This document shows positions 48,214 through 59,190 of a DNA stretch of 64,000 nucleotides, one piece after another. The notes below the pieces were generated by a model that saw only the letters and a program-made list of their open reading frames with translations, was not told the origin of the DNA and ran no database searches. A program made the position numbers and the translations under genes. How positions within the stretch are numbered: position 1 is the first letter of the stretch; the number at the start of each line of letters is the position of its first letter. Origin of the DNA: an uncultured delta proteobacterium (GTDB lineage: Bacteria > Desulfobacterota > Binatia > UBA9968); NCBI GenBank assembly GCA_963840855.1, contig CAWJBB010000079.1, positions 128,001 through 192,000 of the forward strand, in the 5' to 3' direction.

Positions 48214-48465
48214 TCCAGAATCAAAGACTACCCTGTCGATTCCTCTCCGAACAACGACACGCGAAGCGCTGAGTTAAACACATCTGAAAGTTGGCTCATG
48301 ACGACAAGATTGTGTGGTAGTCGCACGAGCCTAAACTTCAGTCCTCTCACAGAGAAGAAGCAAAACAAGCTAGGGGCGGGTTTCAAACCCGCCCCTGCAA
48401 GATGATGGCCGTGTCCAGAGGTGTCGTGAATGGATGGTCGTTAAAAACTAGAATGCGCCCGGGGC

Positions 48466-49140
48466 TTAGGTGCTCTTGTCATCGCCCTTCGCCGAATCTC
48501 TCCGCTCTCTGCGCAGCTGCTCTCTTACCGCATCGGCTTCCCGTTCAACTTCCATGCCGACGAGTTCAACGCTGGCGATAAGGTCGGTCCAGTTGATTTC
48601 CTTGCCTTGAGTAGTGGCAAGATCTTTTTCAATCCGCGAACGGATGATTCTCCCGGGGTCCCAGTACGCGCCATACAAAGAATAGTATTGCATGTAGTCG
48701 ATCCAGCCTCCCAGTCCGCTAAGTCCGGTCTGGATCTCTTTCAGACCCCTTTGGCGATCGCCATCTTGGGATAATGCCAGGCCGAGATAAAGCGGCGCCA
48801 GGGAGTCTTCAGGGTAACGCGTGCGCGCTTGCTCCAGGGCCTTGCGCGCCGCGGGGTAGTCTCCGCCGGCGTAATAAGCGCGCCCCACATAGGTCCACAC
48901 GCCTTCTTTCATGAGGCCATGTTGAACCTTGGCGTTGGGGTCGATCTCCGCGGCACGCTCGAAGTGAGCCAGAGCGCGCTTGGCATCGCCGCGCATCAGG
49001 GCATATCGACCTGGCTGCAGCTCGCCGCTCGCTCGAATAGCGGTACAGCCGGAGAGGAACATGGCTAGAGGCAAAATGAAACCCGCAACATGAAAAATAT
49101 TGACTTTGGCGATTCGCGATTTGAAATCTGCGATCTTCAT
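48466..49140 (-). CDS. TPR lipoprotein, type A copy 1
   Basis: Lipobox LSG|C, TPR pattern GRAYY.GDYPAARKALEQA...P.D.LAPLYLG. Confidence 0.82.
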   Translation of the reverse strand: MKIADFKSRIAKVNIFHVAGFILPLAMFLSGCTAIRASGELQPGRYALMRGDAKRALAHFERAAEIDPNAKVQHGLMKEGVWTYVGRAYYAGGDYPAARKALEQARTRYPEDSLAPLYLGLALSQDGDRQRGLKEIQTGLSGLGGWIDYMQYYSLYGAYWDPGRIIRSRIEKDLATTQGKEINWTDLIASVELVGMEVEREADAVREQLRRERRDSAKGDDKST

Positions 49141-49228
49141 GGTCCGTTTTTCCTCCTTGTGATCTGAAGCCTATAACATAAACAGTTTCATGGCAAATTC
49201 TATTCCCGTTTCACATCTTTCCCAAGAT

Positions 49229-49257
49229 TTGACACTCCCCGAGCCATTGGTTATCGT
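49229..49257 (+). promoter_or_regulatory. Putative sigma70 promoter (second copy 51871-51899)
   Basis: TTGACA-N17-TATCGT upstream of the type B lipoprotein gene. Confidence 0.55.
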
Positions 49258-49350
49258 TCTTTATCTCAATCAACCATACGTTGCGGACGATATCCGTGGA
49301 TTGCTCCACGGCTAATTTCAATAAAACCTATACGGATTGGCGGAAAGGAT

Positions 49351-49980
49351 ATGACAAATTTCCACGATAGCCGCTTGCCGGTTGTAAGTCTCTTACTATT
49401 TACCCTGGGCTGGCAGTTTGTATCCGCTTGCTCCAAGCCCGATTGGTTCGTCGGCCGCAGCGGCCAATACAACGAGGGAAAGTACGAGATCATCCGCCGG
49501 GTGGGCGGCAACATGGACAAGGCCATCAATAACTTCGAAGCCATCGCAAGCGAAGACCCTGCATACCGGGACACTCTGACCCTTTTGGGTAGGGCTTATT
49601 ATAAGAAGGGCCGCTACCCGGATGCTCATTTGATCTTGCAAAGAGCCGTGAGGCTCAGAAATGATGATGAGATTGCCTGGTTGATATTCGGCATAACCCA
49701 GCTGCGCCTGGGGGACAATGACCGGGGGCTGGAGAGCGTGCGCGGCGGCCTCACCCTCTTTGCCAGAGCCACCGCCGATAACAAATATCGCGGCTGGGAT
49801 GTATGGGATCCCGCTGGCAAGGTCAAAATCGCCGGGCGCCGAGCGGTCTTCATCGCCCTCAAGGGACTCGAGGAGAAAGATGATTTGATCAGGAGCGTGG
49901 AAAATGTTCTCTCGGCTGTCGAGGACGAGGAATTTCATCAAATCTTTGAAAAGACCCAGCAGCAAAGGCAGTTCGAATAG
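49351..49980 (+). CDS. TPR lipoprotein, type B copy 1
   Basis: Lipobox VSA|C, LLGRAYYKKGRY..A...LQRA, AWLIFG. Confidence 0.82.
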   Translation: MTNFHDSRLPVVSLLLFTLGWQFVSACSKPDWFVGRSGQYNEGKYEIIRRVGGNMDKAINNFEAIASEDPAYRDTLTLLGRAYYKKGRYPDAHLILQRAVRLRNDDEIAWLIFGITQLRLGDNDRGLESVRGGLTLFARATADNKYRGWDVWDPAGKVKIAGRRAVFIALKGLEEKDDLIRSVENVLSAVEDEEFHQIFEKTQQQRQFE

Positions 49981-50108
49981 CGCCGGTGAGCTGTAACAAT
50001 TGATTCGCGTCTACCTTCGACAAGCTCAGGGTGAACGGTCAAGGCACGCGACTTAAGCAACCCTTGGCGTGAATGGATGGTCGATAAAAACTAGAATGCG
50101 CCCGGGGC

Positions 50109-50783
50109 TTAGTTGCGCCCGTCATCGCCCCTCGCCGAATCTCTCCGGTCTCTGAGCACCTCTTTTCTTACCGCAGCGGCTTCCCGTTCAACTTCCATGC
50201 CGACGATTTCAACGCTGGCGAGAAGGTCGCGCCAGTTGATTTCCTTGCCTTGAGTAACGGCAAGATCTTTTTCAATCCGCGAACGGATGATCCTCCCGGG
50301 GTCCCAATACGCGCCATACAAAGTATAGTATTGCATGTAGTCGAGCGAGCTTCCCAGTCCGCTAAGTCCGGTCTGGATCTCCTTCAGACCCCTTTGGCGA
50401 TCGCCATCTTGGGATAATGCCATGCCGAGATAGAGCGGCGCGAAGTAGTCTTCAGGGTAACGCGTGCGCGCTTGCTCCAGGGCCTTGCGCGCCGCGGGGT
50501 AGTCTCCGCCGGCGTAATAAGCGCGCCCCACATAGGTCCATACCCCCTCTTTCATGAGGCCATGTAGAACCCTGGCGTTGGGGTCGATCTGGGCGGCACG
50601 CTCGAAGTGAGCCAGAGCGCGCTTGTCATCGCCGGCCATCAGGGCAAATCGTCCTGGCTGCAGATCGCCACTCGTTCGAATAGCGGTACAGCCGGAGAAG
50701 AACATGGCTAGAGGCAAAAGGTAAAATGCGATATTAAAGACTTTAACGTTGGCAAGCCGCGATTTGAGATTTAAGAACTTCAT
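50109..50783 (-). CDS. TPR lipoprotein, type A copy 2
   Basis: FSG|C lipobox; paralog of 48466..49140; GGAGG RBS before MKFLN. Confidence 0.82.
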   Translation of the reverse strand: MKFLNLKSRLANVKVFNIAFYLLPLAMFFSGCTAIRTSGDLQPGRFALMAGDDKRALAHFERAAQIDPNARVLHGLMKEGVWTYVGRAYYAGGDYPAARKALEQARTRYPEDYFAPLYLGMALSQDGDRQRGLKEIQTGLSGLGSSLDYMQYYTLYGAYWDPGRIIRSRIEKDLAVTQGKEINWRDLLASVEIVGMEVEREAAAVRKEVLRDRRDSARGDDGRN

Positions 50784-51109
50784 CTTCCGTTTTCCTCCTT
50801 TGATCAAAAGCCTATAACATAAACAGTTTCATGGCAAATTTCACACGGCCTGACGCTCAGGATAAACTCCGCCGAAGAATCTCGTCTTCGGAACACCTTG
50901 AATATGCGAGATGCTTCGCAGAGTTTATCCTGAGCTTTGCCGAAGGGCTCATGACTCAGCGCGCTTTCGCGGTTTGCGACACACAGTCTCAGAGCGAGAA
51001 GAAGCAAAACAAGCTAGGGGCGGGTTTCAAACCCGCCCCTGCAAGATGATAGCCGTGTCCAGAGGTGTCGTGAATGGATGGTCGTTAAAAACTAGAATGC
51101 GCCCGGGGC

Positions 51110-51784
51110 TTAGGTGCCATTGTCATCGCTCCTCGCCGAATCTCTCCGTATTCTGAGCACCTCCGCTTTTACCGCAGCGGCTTCCCGTTCAACTTCCATG
51201 CCGACGATTTCAACGCTGGCGAGAAGGTCGCGCCAGTCGATTTCCTTGCCTTGAGTAACGGCAAGATCTTTTTCAATCCGCGAACGGATGATCCTCCCGG
51301 GGTCCCAATACGCGCCATACAAAGTATAGTATTGCATGTAGTCGAGCGAGCTTCCCAGTCCGCTAAGTCCGGTCTGGATCTCCTTCAGACCCCTTTGGCG
51401 ATCGCCATCTTGGGATAATGCCATGCCGAGATAGAGCGGCGCGAAGTAGTCGTCAGGGTAACGCGTGCGCGCTTGCTCCAGGGCCTTGCGCGCCGCGGGG
51501 TAGTCTCCGCCGGCGTAATAAGCGCGCCCCACATAGGTCCATACCCCCTCTTTCATGAGGCCATGTAGAACCCTGGCGTTGGGGTCGATCTGGGCGGCAC
51601 GCTCGAAGTGAACCAGAGCGCGCTTGTCATTGCCGGCCATCAGGGCAAATCGTCCTGGCTGCAGCTCGCCACTCGTTCGAATAGCGGTACAGCCGGAGAA
51701 AAACATGGCTAGAGGCAAAAGGTAAAATGCGATATTAAAGACTTTAACGTTGGCAAGCCGCGATTTGAGATTTAAGAACTTCAT
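51110..51784 (-). CDS. TPR lipoprotein, type A copy 3
   Basis: Near-identical to 50109..50783 except the C-terminus and scattered substitutions. Confidence 0.82.
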   Translation of the reverse strand: MKFLNLKSRLANVKVFNIAFYLLPLAMFFSGCTAIRTSGELQPGRFALMAGNDKRALVHFERAAQIDPNARVLHGLMKEGVWTYVGRAYYAGGDYPAARKALEQARTRYPDDYFAPLYLGMALSQDGDRQRGLKEIQTGLSGLGSSLDYMQYYTLYGAYWDPGRIIRSRIEKDLAVTQGKEIDWRDLLASVEIVGMEVEREAAAVKAEVLRIRRDSARSDDNGT

Positions 51785-51988
51785 CTTCCGTTTTCCTCCT
51801 TTGATCAAAACCCTATAACATAAACAGTTTCATGGCAAATTCTATTCCCGTTTCACATCTTTCCCAAGATTTGACACTCCCCGAGCCATTGGTTATCGTT
51901 CTTTATCTCAATCAACCATACGTTCCGGACGATATCCGTGGATTGCTCCACGGCTTTAGTAAAACCTATACGGATTGGCGGAAAGGAT

Positions 51989-52618
51989 ATGACAAATTTA
52001 CACGATAGCCGCTTGCCGGTTGTAAGTCTCTTACTATTTATCCTGGGCTGGCAGTTTGTATCCGCTTGCTCCAGGCCCGCTTTGTTCGTCGGCCGCAGCG
52101 GCAAATATAAGGAGGGAAAGTACGAAATCATCCGCCGGGCGGGCGGCAACATGGACAAGGCCATCAATAACTTCGAAGCCATCGCAAGCGAAGACCCTAA
52201 ATACCGGGACACACTGACCCTTTTGGGGAGGGCCTATTATAAGAAGGGCCGCTATAAGGATGCCTATTTGATCTTGCAAAGAGCGGTGGCGATCAAAAAT
52301 GACGATGAGATTGCCTGGTTGATATTCGGCATAACCCAGCTGCGCCTGGGAGACAATGACCGGGGGCTGGAGAGCGTGCGCGGCGGCCTTACCCTCTTTG
52401 CCAAAGCCAGCGCCGATAGCAAATATCGAGGATATGATGTATGGGATCCCGGTGGCAAGGTCAAAATCGCCGGGCGCCGAGCGGTTTTCATCGCCCTCAA
52501 GGGACTCGAGGAGAAAGATAATTTGATCAGGAGCGTGGAAAGTGTTCTCTCGGCTGTCGAGGACGAGGAATTTCATCAACTCTTTGAAAAGAGGCTGGAC
52601 AACAGGCAGTGGGAATAG
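51989..52618 (+). CDS. TPR lipoprotein, type B copy 2
   Basis: Paralog of 49351..49980. Confidence 0.82.
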   Translation: MTNLHDSRLPVVSLLLFILGWQFVSACSRPALFVGRSGKYKEGKYEIIRRAGGNMDKAINNFEAIASEDPKYRDTLTLLGRAYYKKGRYKDAYLILQRAVAIKNDDEIAWLIFGITQLRLGDNDRGLESVRGGLTLFAKASADSKYRGYDVWDPGGKVKIAGRRAVFIALKGLEEKDNLIRSVESVLSAVEDEEFHQLFEKRLDNRQWE

Positions 52619-52625
52619 CGCCGGT

Positions 52626-52756
52626 ACTAGTGAACTGTACCAGCTTCATAGCGTTTGCCGTTCATGGTTCGCGAGCCTCACCACGAACGGCTTGTGCCTT
52701 GACCGTTCACCCTGAGCTTGTCGAATGACGTGAACCAACTGTTACAGGTCACTAGT
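52626..52756. mobile_element. MITE-like element with ACTAGTGAACTGTA terminal inverted repeats
   Basis: ACTAGTGAACTGTAC ... GTTACAGGTCACTAGT; internal sequence shared with 62748-62893. Confidence 0.75.
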
Positions 52757-52784
52757 AAAACGAACAATTCCAAGAAGCGATGGG

Positions 52785-54521
52785 TTAGAGCGGGATGATC
52801 GGGAGCAGGAGACATGCGGCCCGGCTGGGACCGATATGCAACATCGTCCTGCCCGCAAAAATCTCGCGTGACCGGTCGCGCGGCTCGTCGTGAAGAAAAG
52901 GGCCGCAGCCTTTTAGCTCGTTCTTGAAGCTCGCAATCCGCCCGCCGCTCGGCCCCGGGTACTCATAATCCTTTCCGCGCACAGTGAGGCCGATGCGATA
53001 GCCGGCGGGCACGACGATGGAGGTCGGCCAAATCTCGACGTCAAGCTCGACGATTTCGCCGGGTCGCAGCGGCTGCTCCTCATCGTGGGTGTGATACGGC
53101 CGGTAGGGCATACTCAGCTCCGGATCGAGCTTTCGATGCGATGCCCGCAGCCATCCTTGGCTGATAGGTGTGTGGGGATCGAGGGCGCCCTGGAACACGA
53201 CCTCCTTGCCGTCACGGGAAAATACGCGCAGCACGATGAAGATGTCGGCGTCCGGCGTAGAAGATGAGACGAAGAGCTTAGCGGCCGAAGGCCCGGTGAT
53301 CTCTGTCTCGCGTTCCAGCAGCGGCGAAAGAAACGTGACGCCGTCGTCCATGGCGTCGAACTCGATGCGTCCTTCGGCCGTAACGGGTGTCCAGCTCAGG
53401 CTGCGATCGGCGGGATTTAGATAGAGCCTCATCCAGCGCGTGCGGCCGATGGGCCATTGGTTTTCCTTGCGCTCGACAAATCCATCAATGCGCCGAATTT
53501 GCAGCCGAACCCGCGGTTCGTCGGCCCAGCCGTTGTCCATGCCTTTCAGAAGATAGTCGAAGAAGCGCTTCTGCAGCAGGCGCCCATAATCGGTGTAGAA
53601 GTGCGTCCAGTGCTCTAGCCCGTGCAACTCCAGCCACTTCTGCTTTGACGCTGCGCGGACAAAACCCTCGACGTTGCCGCGCAAATGTAGCCCTTGACCG
53701 CCCCAATTTCCTGCGGAGAGAAACGGTACCGTTACTTTCGACCAGACCGGCGAGCGGGCCTTGTGATAGTCGTCGTCGAGCGCATGGGCGAGGATTTCTT
53801 TGCCGAGTTCACAGCGATTTCTCGCCAGCTCTTCGTCCGAGAGCGTCTCGGATCCGCAGACAAGCTCACCGCCAACGCGGCTGCGCGGGCCGCGCTCGCC
53901 GAGTCCACACTGCACGGTCTTTACCTGCATGTCGTACCAATTCGTCCAGAAAGTGCAAAGAATGCCGCCATGGTGCGTCATGTCGCGATACCAATCGGCG
54001 GCGCCTTCCCAAATGCACATGGCCGCGAGGTGCGGCGGCTGAAGCGATGCCACGTGCCACTGGTTGATCGCATAGTAAGAAACTCCGTTAAGGCCCACCT
54101 TGCCGTTGCTCCACGGCTGGATTCCCGCCCATTCGATGCAGCTGTAGAAATCCTTGGTCTCGCGCGCGGAGAAATGGTCGACGTAGCCGGGAGAGCTACC
54201 GCAGCCGCGCGCGTCCACACGTATGCAGACGTAGCCTTCCGGCACCCACTTCTCCGGATCGACGACTTCCCAGTTCTGGTATTTGTTGGTTGAGCCCGCC
54301 GCAACCTCCGGATGCTGCTCGATCATCCGCTGCCATTGGTTGGGGTAGCCGTCCTGAAAGGCGAGCCCTTTCGCGTAAGGACCGTAGCTCAGGATGACCG
54401 GGTATTTCCCGTCAGAGATCGGACGGAATATATCGGCGCGCAGAACGAGGCGGTCGTCCATCGTGATCGGCATGTTCCACTCGATGCGCATGCCGTCCCT
54501 TATTTCAGAGCGATGCTCCAT
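52785..54521 (-). CDS. CocE/NonD family (S15) hydrolase
   Basis: LRADIFRP, GPYAK, VDARG.G.S.G, nucleophile motif GVSYYA, GWLRASHR. Confidence 0.93.
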   Translation of the reverse strand: MEHRSEIRDGMRIEWNMPITMDDRLVLRADIFRPISDGKYPVILSYGPYAKGLAFQDGYPNQWQRMIEQHPEVAAGSTNKYQNWEVVDPEKWVPEGYVCIRVDARGCGSSPGYVDHFSARETKDFYSCIEWAGIQPWSNGKVGLNGVSYYAINQWHVASLQPPHLAAMCIWEGAADWYRDMTHHGGILCTFWTNWYDMQVKTVQCGLGERGPRSRVGGELVCGSETLSDEELARNRCELGKEILAHALDDDYHKARSPVWSKVTVPFLSAGNWGGQGLHLRGNVEGFVRAASKQKWLELHGLEHWTHFYTDYGRLLQKRFFDYLLKGMDNGWADEPRVRLQIRRIDGFVERKENQWPIGRTRWMRLYLNPADRSLSWTPVTAEGRIEFDAMDDGVTFLSPLLERETEITGPSAAKLFVSSSTPDADIFIVLRVFSRDGKEVVFQGALDPHTPISQGWLRASHRKLDPELSMPYRPYHTHDEEQPLRPGEIVELDVEIWPTSIVVPAGYRIGLTVRGKDYEYPGPSGGRIASFKNELKGCGPFLHDEPRDRSREIFAGRTMLHIGPSRAACLLLPIIPL

Positions 54522-54790
54522 CTTTCGAATAGCCGCGCGTTCAATCCTGGATTCCGCAAGTCAATAAGCTAATAGCACGTGAGCGAGGTGCAAGCCTGGA
54601 GTAGCGAAGGCACCCAACTCCGAAATTTCAAAGTCCTTTTCGATGTTTTGCACCTCGTTGTTGTAACTCTTGAATTTCTCATCAAAGCACCGATGATCGA
54701 TGTCCGCTCATCAGAGGCAGAGACCCATTGACTTCGTACGGAAGGGTTGCGCCTCGCTCTTTGCATCGATCGCAACTGCGGAATCTGGGT

Positions 54791-55459
54791 TCAATCGATC
54801 TTCGCGAAGAAGCGAGCCGGCGCGCCCTCGGTTCCCTCGATTTTGTAAAACGGCGCGTAGAACGGCACCCGTTGGCGCGGCAGTGCTCCCAGGTTGGTGA
54901 TCCCCTCCATGATCACGATTCCCGCGCCGAGAATCACGCGGTGCATCGGGAAATCCTCGGAGGTGAAATCGGGAAGCCGCGCGCAGTATTCCTCAAAGAA
55001 ATCGAAACCGATCGACTTGGGGTCTTTGGCCACAAGCCACTCGGCCGACTCCGGCGGAAAGAATGGCGACTGGGTGAAGTAGTCGGGCCACTTGCCGTAC
55101 ATCTTATCGGTCCAATCGGTGCGGAGAAGGACGATATCGCTCTTTTTCACTTTGTCGGCGCCACCGCGTTTGAGGTCGTCGATGGTGATTTTGTGGTTGG
55201 CGCCGACGAATGAGAGATCAATGCTTACGGCCTCGCCGATGACCTGATCCAAACTGATCTCGGCCGTGGTGATCCCGTCCTTGAAGACGTGCAGCGGAGA
55301 ATCGATGTGAGCGCCTGTGTGGAGTCCCTGACTAACGCTCGAGACCTGCCAGAAGCCCGGGCCACGGCGATGCGGTGTGATATCCACCCGAAGATTGGTG
55401 GAGGGAGGGCTCAGCGTATTGCTGTTTACGGCAACCGAAAGATCAATGAGTCTAGCCAT
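54791..55459 (-). CDS. Cyclase family protein (kynurenine formamidase-like)
   Basis: HTGAHIDSPLH, LLRTDW, H..IL..GI.I.E, GTEGAPAR. Confidence 0.92.
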   Translation of the reverse strand: MARLIDLSVAVNSNTLSPPSTNLRVDITPHRRGPGFWQVSSVSQGLHTGAHIDSPLHVFKDGITTAEISLDQVIGEAVSIDLSFVGANHKITIDDLKRGGADKVKKSDIVLLRTDWTDKMYGKWPDYFTQSPFFPPESAEWLVAKDPKSIGFDFFEEYCARLPDFTSEDFPMHRVILGAGIVIMEGITNLGALPRQRVPFYAPFYKIEGTEGAPARFFAKID

Positions 55460-55552
55460 TTTGTGCCTCAGCCAGCGGGATACCTAGAGGCTAACGTCTG
55501 ACATATGATTCGACGATGTTCGAGGTGATTCATTTGCATGCGCCACAAATCT

Positions 55553-57914
55553 CCCTCTTTTGGTAAACTAATCGTTAGCCGTAACGGTTTGCTAGACACG
55601 GGGGGTGAGAGCAGATGTGGGCAAAGTTGAGCGCATGAATTTCCAGGTTGCGGCAATGTCGTCGAGACGTTGGATTCTAGCAAAGAGATTTGGTGCAGGT
55701 CTCCGTCGCTTCGGCGGCGAGAAAGCCGCGAGGCTAGCACCATGCGGACAGCTTCTCTGAGGGTGGGCGGTTGATCCGGAGGTTTTGGATCTTGTCGGAC
55801 AAAACAATACAAGGCTTTCCACTCGGCTTCTTCAAAGAAAACCGAGCACGGCACATCGGGAGTCTCGCGTCCGAGCTTGGTCAAGTGAAAGATGCGCCAC
55901 GCCACTACCATGTCTATAGCCAGGCACGCCTCAAGACGATCGGCGCTACCAACTGGCGCTCTTCGATCTTGCAACCGCTTTTCAAGGTGCGGTGATAGAC
56001 TCAATCCCCCAACGTTGGCATACCAGGAAAGCTTTCCACAGCCTGATCAAAGTTTTCACGCACGTCGTGAGCAGCATCCACTGAAGCGGCTCGATCCCTT
56101 GGGGACAATCGATCTCCTGAGCCACAATCGCGTGATGTCGAGCTCTTTGAACTCAAGCTTGCGACTCGGCGGAGTCAGCTTCACTCGCCCAAAGCGCACC
56201 TCCAAGCGCGCCTCTCGGGGTGCGCGCTTACCTGACGCGGCACGCTGATAACTGCAGTTCGGCCACAGGCTGTTTGGCCATATGCTCCCACAACCGGCCT
56301 GACCGTCGGCCAACAGCCGATCATGTTCAGCGCGCACCAGCAACTGCGCTCCACAGGGGTTTTTCAAAGCCAAGTGGAAAAACTCATAAATATCGGCTTC
56401 CCGGTCTGCCACACTGATAGTGTGGTGTTAGAACAGCGCCTCGCAGCTCGCTGACTTTGTTAAAACTCTTAAGCCACTTCTGACTCTCTTTGTGCTCGAT
56501 GGAAAGCTCGTGACGAAACTGCCTTTTACCAAACTGTTTAGGATCTCTCGCCCAACACTGCACATCGAGAAGCCCCAAGGGAGTGCCCGCTACATTGACG
56601 CCATCGAGTCATGCAGCAAAGTCCAACGACCCCTTGGGACTTGGGGCTAATGGGACCCAGGCCTTCGGTGAGTGGGTGAGCGCTGTAGTTAACGGTGGTG
56701 GTGTCCTGCACTACCAGGACTATCTTCTCTTCGCTGATGCGCTGAAGGGTCGCCTCGTAGTGAGACTTAAGAAGCTTATCCATCGTGACCTTAGGGTGAT
56801 CGAAAAACCGATAGCCGCTCTGGTCTTGGCTCGGCTTTGACAAGCCTGAGGCAGATTCGCCTGAGGACGCTCATAGAAATCGCGCGCCAGAGTCAAAAGC
56901 CTTCGTTCAGCCGCTCATCGTTAAGCTCTGCCTCGCCAAACTCCTGTTGCGCCCAATCCTCATGCTTTTCAGGCGGCGAGGCTCAGGCTCTACCTAGAGA
57001 CAGCGCTACAGAGAACTCACGCGCCTGTTGCGCAGACTATACACATACACATCTTTTTCGCTCAGCGGAAATGTTTTCGCGATCCTGTCGTCCCCGCCAG
57101 AAGTTTGTCCCAGATACAGCCAATTGGCGGCCGATAAGAACTCCCAAAAAGCGGCTGCGATCCACAAAGGTCTCAGCAACACAGGCTCAAAACCATAACG
57201 CTCTTGCCAGTCGGCTCTAAGCCGGCCATCGCCTGCGCGAGCACATGGCTCGCCAAGTTTTGACTTGACCCACGGCAGAATCAAAAACCGACTGTTCGAG
57301 ACCACCTTGGCAAATTTTCTTGGCGCGCCTATCGCTCCAGCCAATCCAGCGATCGCGCGCCTTAACACGCCACGCCGAAGCGCTGAAAGCCAGCCCTCCC
57401 AACCATTGGCCTTGCCGCTCCTGATCAAATAGCGCAGCTGCGCTCCGCAAAGCGGCCCCGAGCCCAAATAATGATAGCGCCCATCAACTCATTCCAACAC
57501 CTAGAAGCGTGCTCTCAGCGCTGCTCACCTAACCAACTCCACCCCGCCCAACTCTGCCAGACACACTGGATCGGCTCAGGGGTTGCGAGCGGGCACACAA
57601 CTCGCTCTACGCCCAGGCACGCGCTGAGTCAGCGGCCGCAACCGGATCACGCCGCGCCGATCAAGCCTCGAAAGCGCTACGCGACAACTCATCTCCTTGA
57701 GCTTACCGTTGGGGCTGCGCCAGTTCAGTTTCCCACACACCGGCGCGACAACGCCACCCGAGACATCCGCGGCTCGCGCTCGATCGTCGCTTGAATGTAC
57801 GCGATGGTTTGTCCGAAAACGTTTGCCGACAAACGACCACGTAGGCAAAATAGCACTTAGCGCCCCCGTGTCCAGTCAAAAGATGTGTCGCACAATTAGT
57901 TTGGTAAAGAGAGG
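55553..57914 (-). mobile_element. Degraded IS4-family (IS50/Tn5-like) element with an N-terminal DUF4338/DruA-like domain
   Basis: Fragments YRFFDHPKV, VQDTT..NY, DREADIYE, LGRETPDVPC, PPTLREA (Tn5-like); QLRYLI, NSRFLILPWV, DWQERYG, AANW..LG.T (DUF4338); imperfect TIRs sharing AAACTAAT...GACACGGGGG. Confidence 0.85.
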
Positions 57915-58074
57915 TTAACGCTTCTCGGAGACATCTCCCCTTTAAAAAAAGGGGGACACAGGGGGATTGATTCAGCTAATGCCATGGCGTGAATAGTAAA
58001 GAAGGGACAACTAGAAGAAAGATCAGAGACAGAGCGATGGCGACGAAAAATCCATCACACATATAAGCCTCCAG

Positions 58075-58980
58075 TCAGTCTTTTTTCTCCGATGGACGAT
58101 CCATTTCCAATCCGGCCAGGAGTTCGTAGGTCGTGACGAGAGCAGCCAGATCTTCGTTGCCTCGTCCAGCCGCGGCGGCGGCTGTGACCAGCTGCTGCGT
58201 GATGCTCGTCAGCGGCAGCGGAACTCCGAGGCGAAGCCCTTCTTCCAACATGAGCTTAAAGTCTTTCAAGAAAAGATCGATCTTCATCTGAGCATCGAAC
58301 CGATGGCTCACCATGAGCGGACCGCGCACGTCGACCATCTTCGACGCGCCGGCACTTTCTTTGAGAATTTCAACCAGCGCGCCCGGCGCCAAACCCGCTT
58401 TTGCGCCGAGGACGAGCGCCTCTGCCAGCGCCGCAGTGTTGAGCCCGACCAACAGGTTTGTCGCAAGCTTCGCGAGCGAGGCCATGCCGACATTCCCCAC
58501 GTAGTGAGTTTTCTTTGCAATCGCGTCGAAGATAGGCTGGCAAGCATCGGTCCGCCAACGGTCACCGGCGACAAAAATCGCGCAGTCGCCGCGCTCGACC
58601 ATCGCACTGGTGCCGCTCATCGGCGCGTCGAGAAATCCAAGCGCTTTGGCGGCCGCGGCATTGCCGAGACGGCGAGTCAGATTTGGTGAGACCGTGCTCA
58701 TCTGGATCACAGTGCAATTCTGCGGCGCGGTCTCGATCAATCCCCCTGCGCCGAGGATCGTGGTCTCGACGCTCTCGAGCGAAGGGAGAATTGTGAAGAC
58801 GGCGTCGGCTTCTGCCGCGGCCGCCGCAATGCTCGCCGCTGCGACCAGTCCCTGGGTCTGAAGGGCTTTTACCTGTTCGAGGCGGGTGTCGTAGGCCGCA
58901 ACCTCGAAGCCACCCTTAAGGAGGCGCGAAGCTACCGCACTACCAAGAAGCCCGACTCCGATGATACCGATTCGTTTCAT
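58075..58980 (-). CDS. Beta-hydroxyacid dehydrogenase (3-hydroxyisobutyrate/tartronate semialdehyde reductase family)
   Basis: IGIIGVGLLG, QMSTVSP, LDAPMSG, AKLATN, KDF. Confidence 0.92.
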   Translation of the reverse strand: MKRIGIIGVGLLGSAVASRLLKGGFEVAAYDTRLEQVKALQTQGLVAAASIAAAAAEADAVFTILPSLESVETTILGAGGLIETAPQNCTVIQMSTVSPNLTRRLGNAAAAKALGFLDAPMSGTSAMVERGDCAIFVAGDRWRTDACQPIFDAIAKKTHYVGNVGMASLAKLATNLLVGLNTAALAEALVLGAKAGLAPGALVEILKESAGASKMVDVRGPLMVSHRFDAQMKIDLFLKDFKLMLEEGLRLGVPLPLTSITQQLVTAAAAAGRGNEDLAALVTTYELLAGLEMDRPSEKKD

Positions 58981-59190
58981 TTGAGAGTTTTTCATTGAAA
59001 ACGTTAGAGTCCCGGATTCGAGAAGTTGAAAAGTTGGGCGACCTTTTGCTACCACCCACCCCGGCACTTGTCAATTAGCTCACGGGCTGCATACCATCAG
59101 AAGAGTTTCAAGTTTCATGTCTCAGGTTTCAGGTTTAACTCGAAACGCGGAACTCGAAACCCCTGGACTGAATTAGACAGGAGGCACGCC

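Noticed and set aside
57006-57850. Druantia anti-phage system
   Set aside because: Only a fragmented DUF4338 inside an IS; no DruE helicase or other components.
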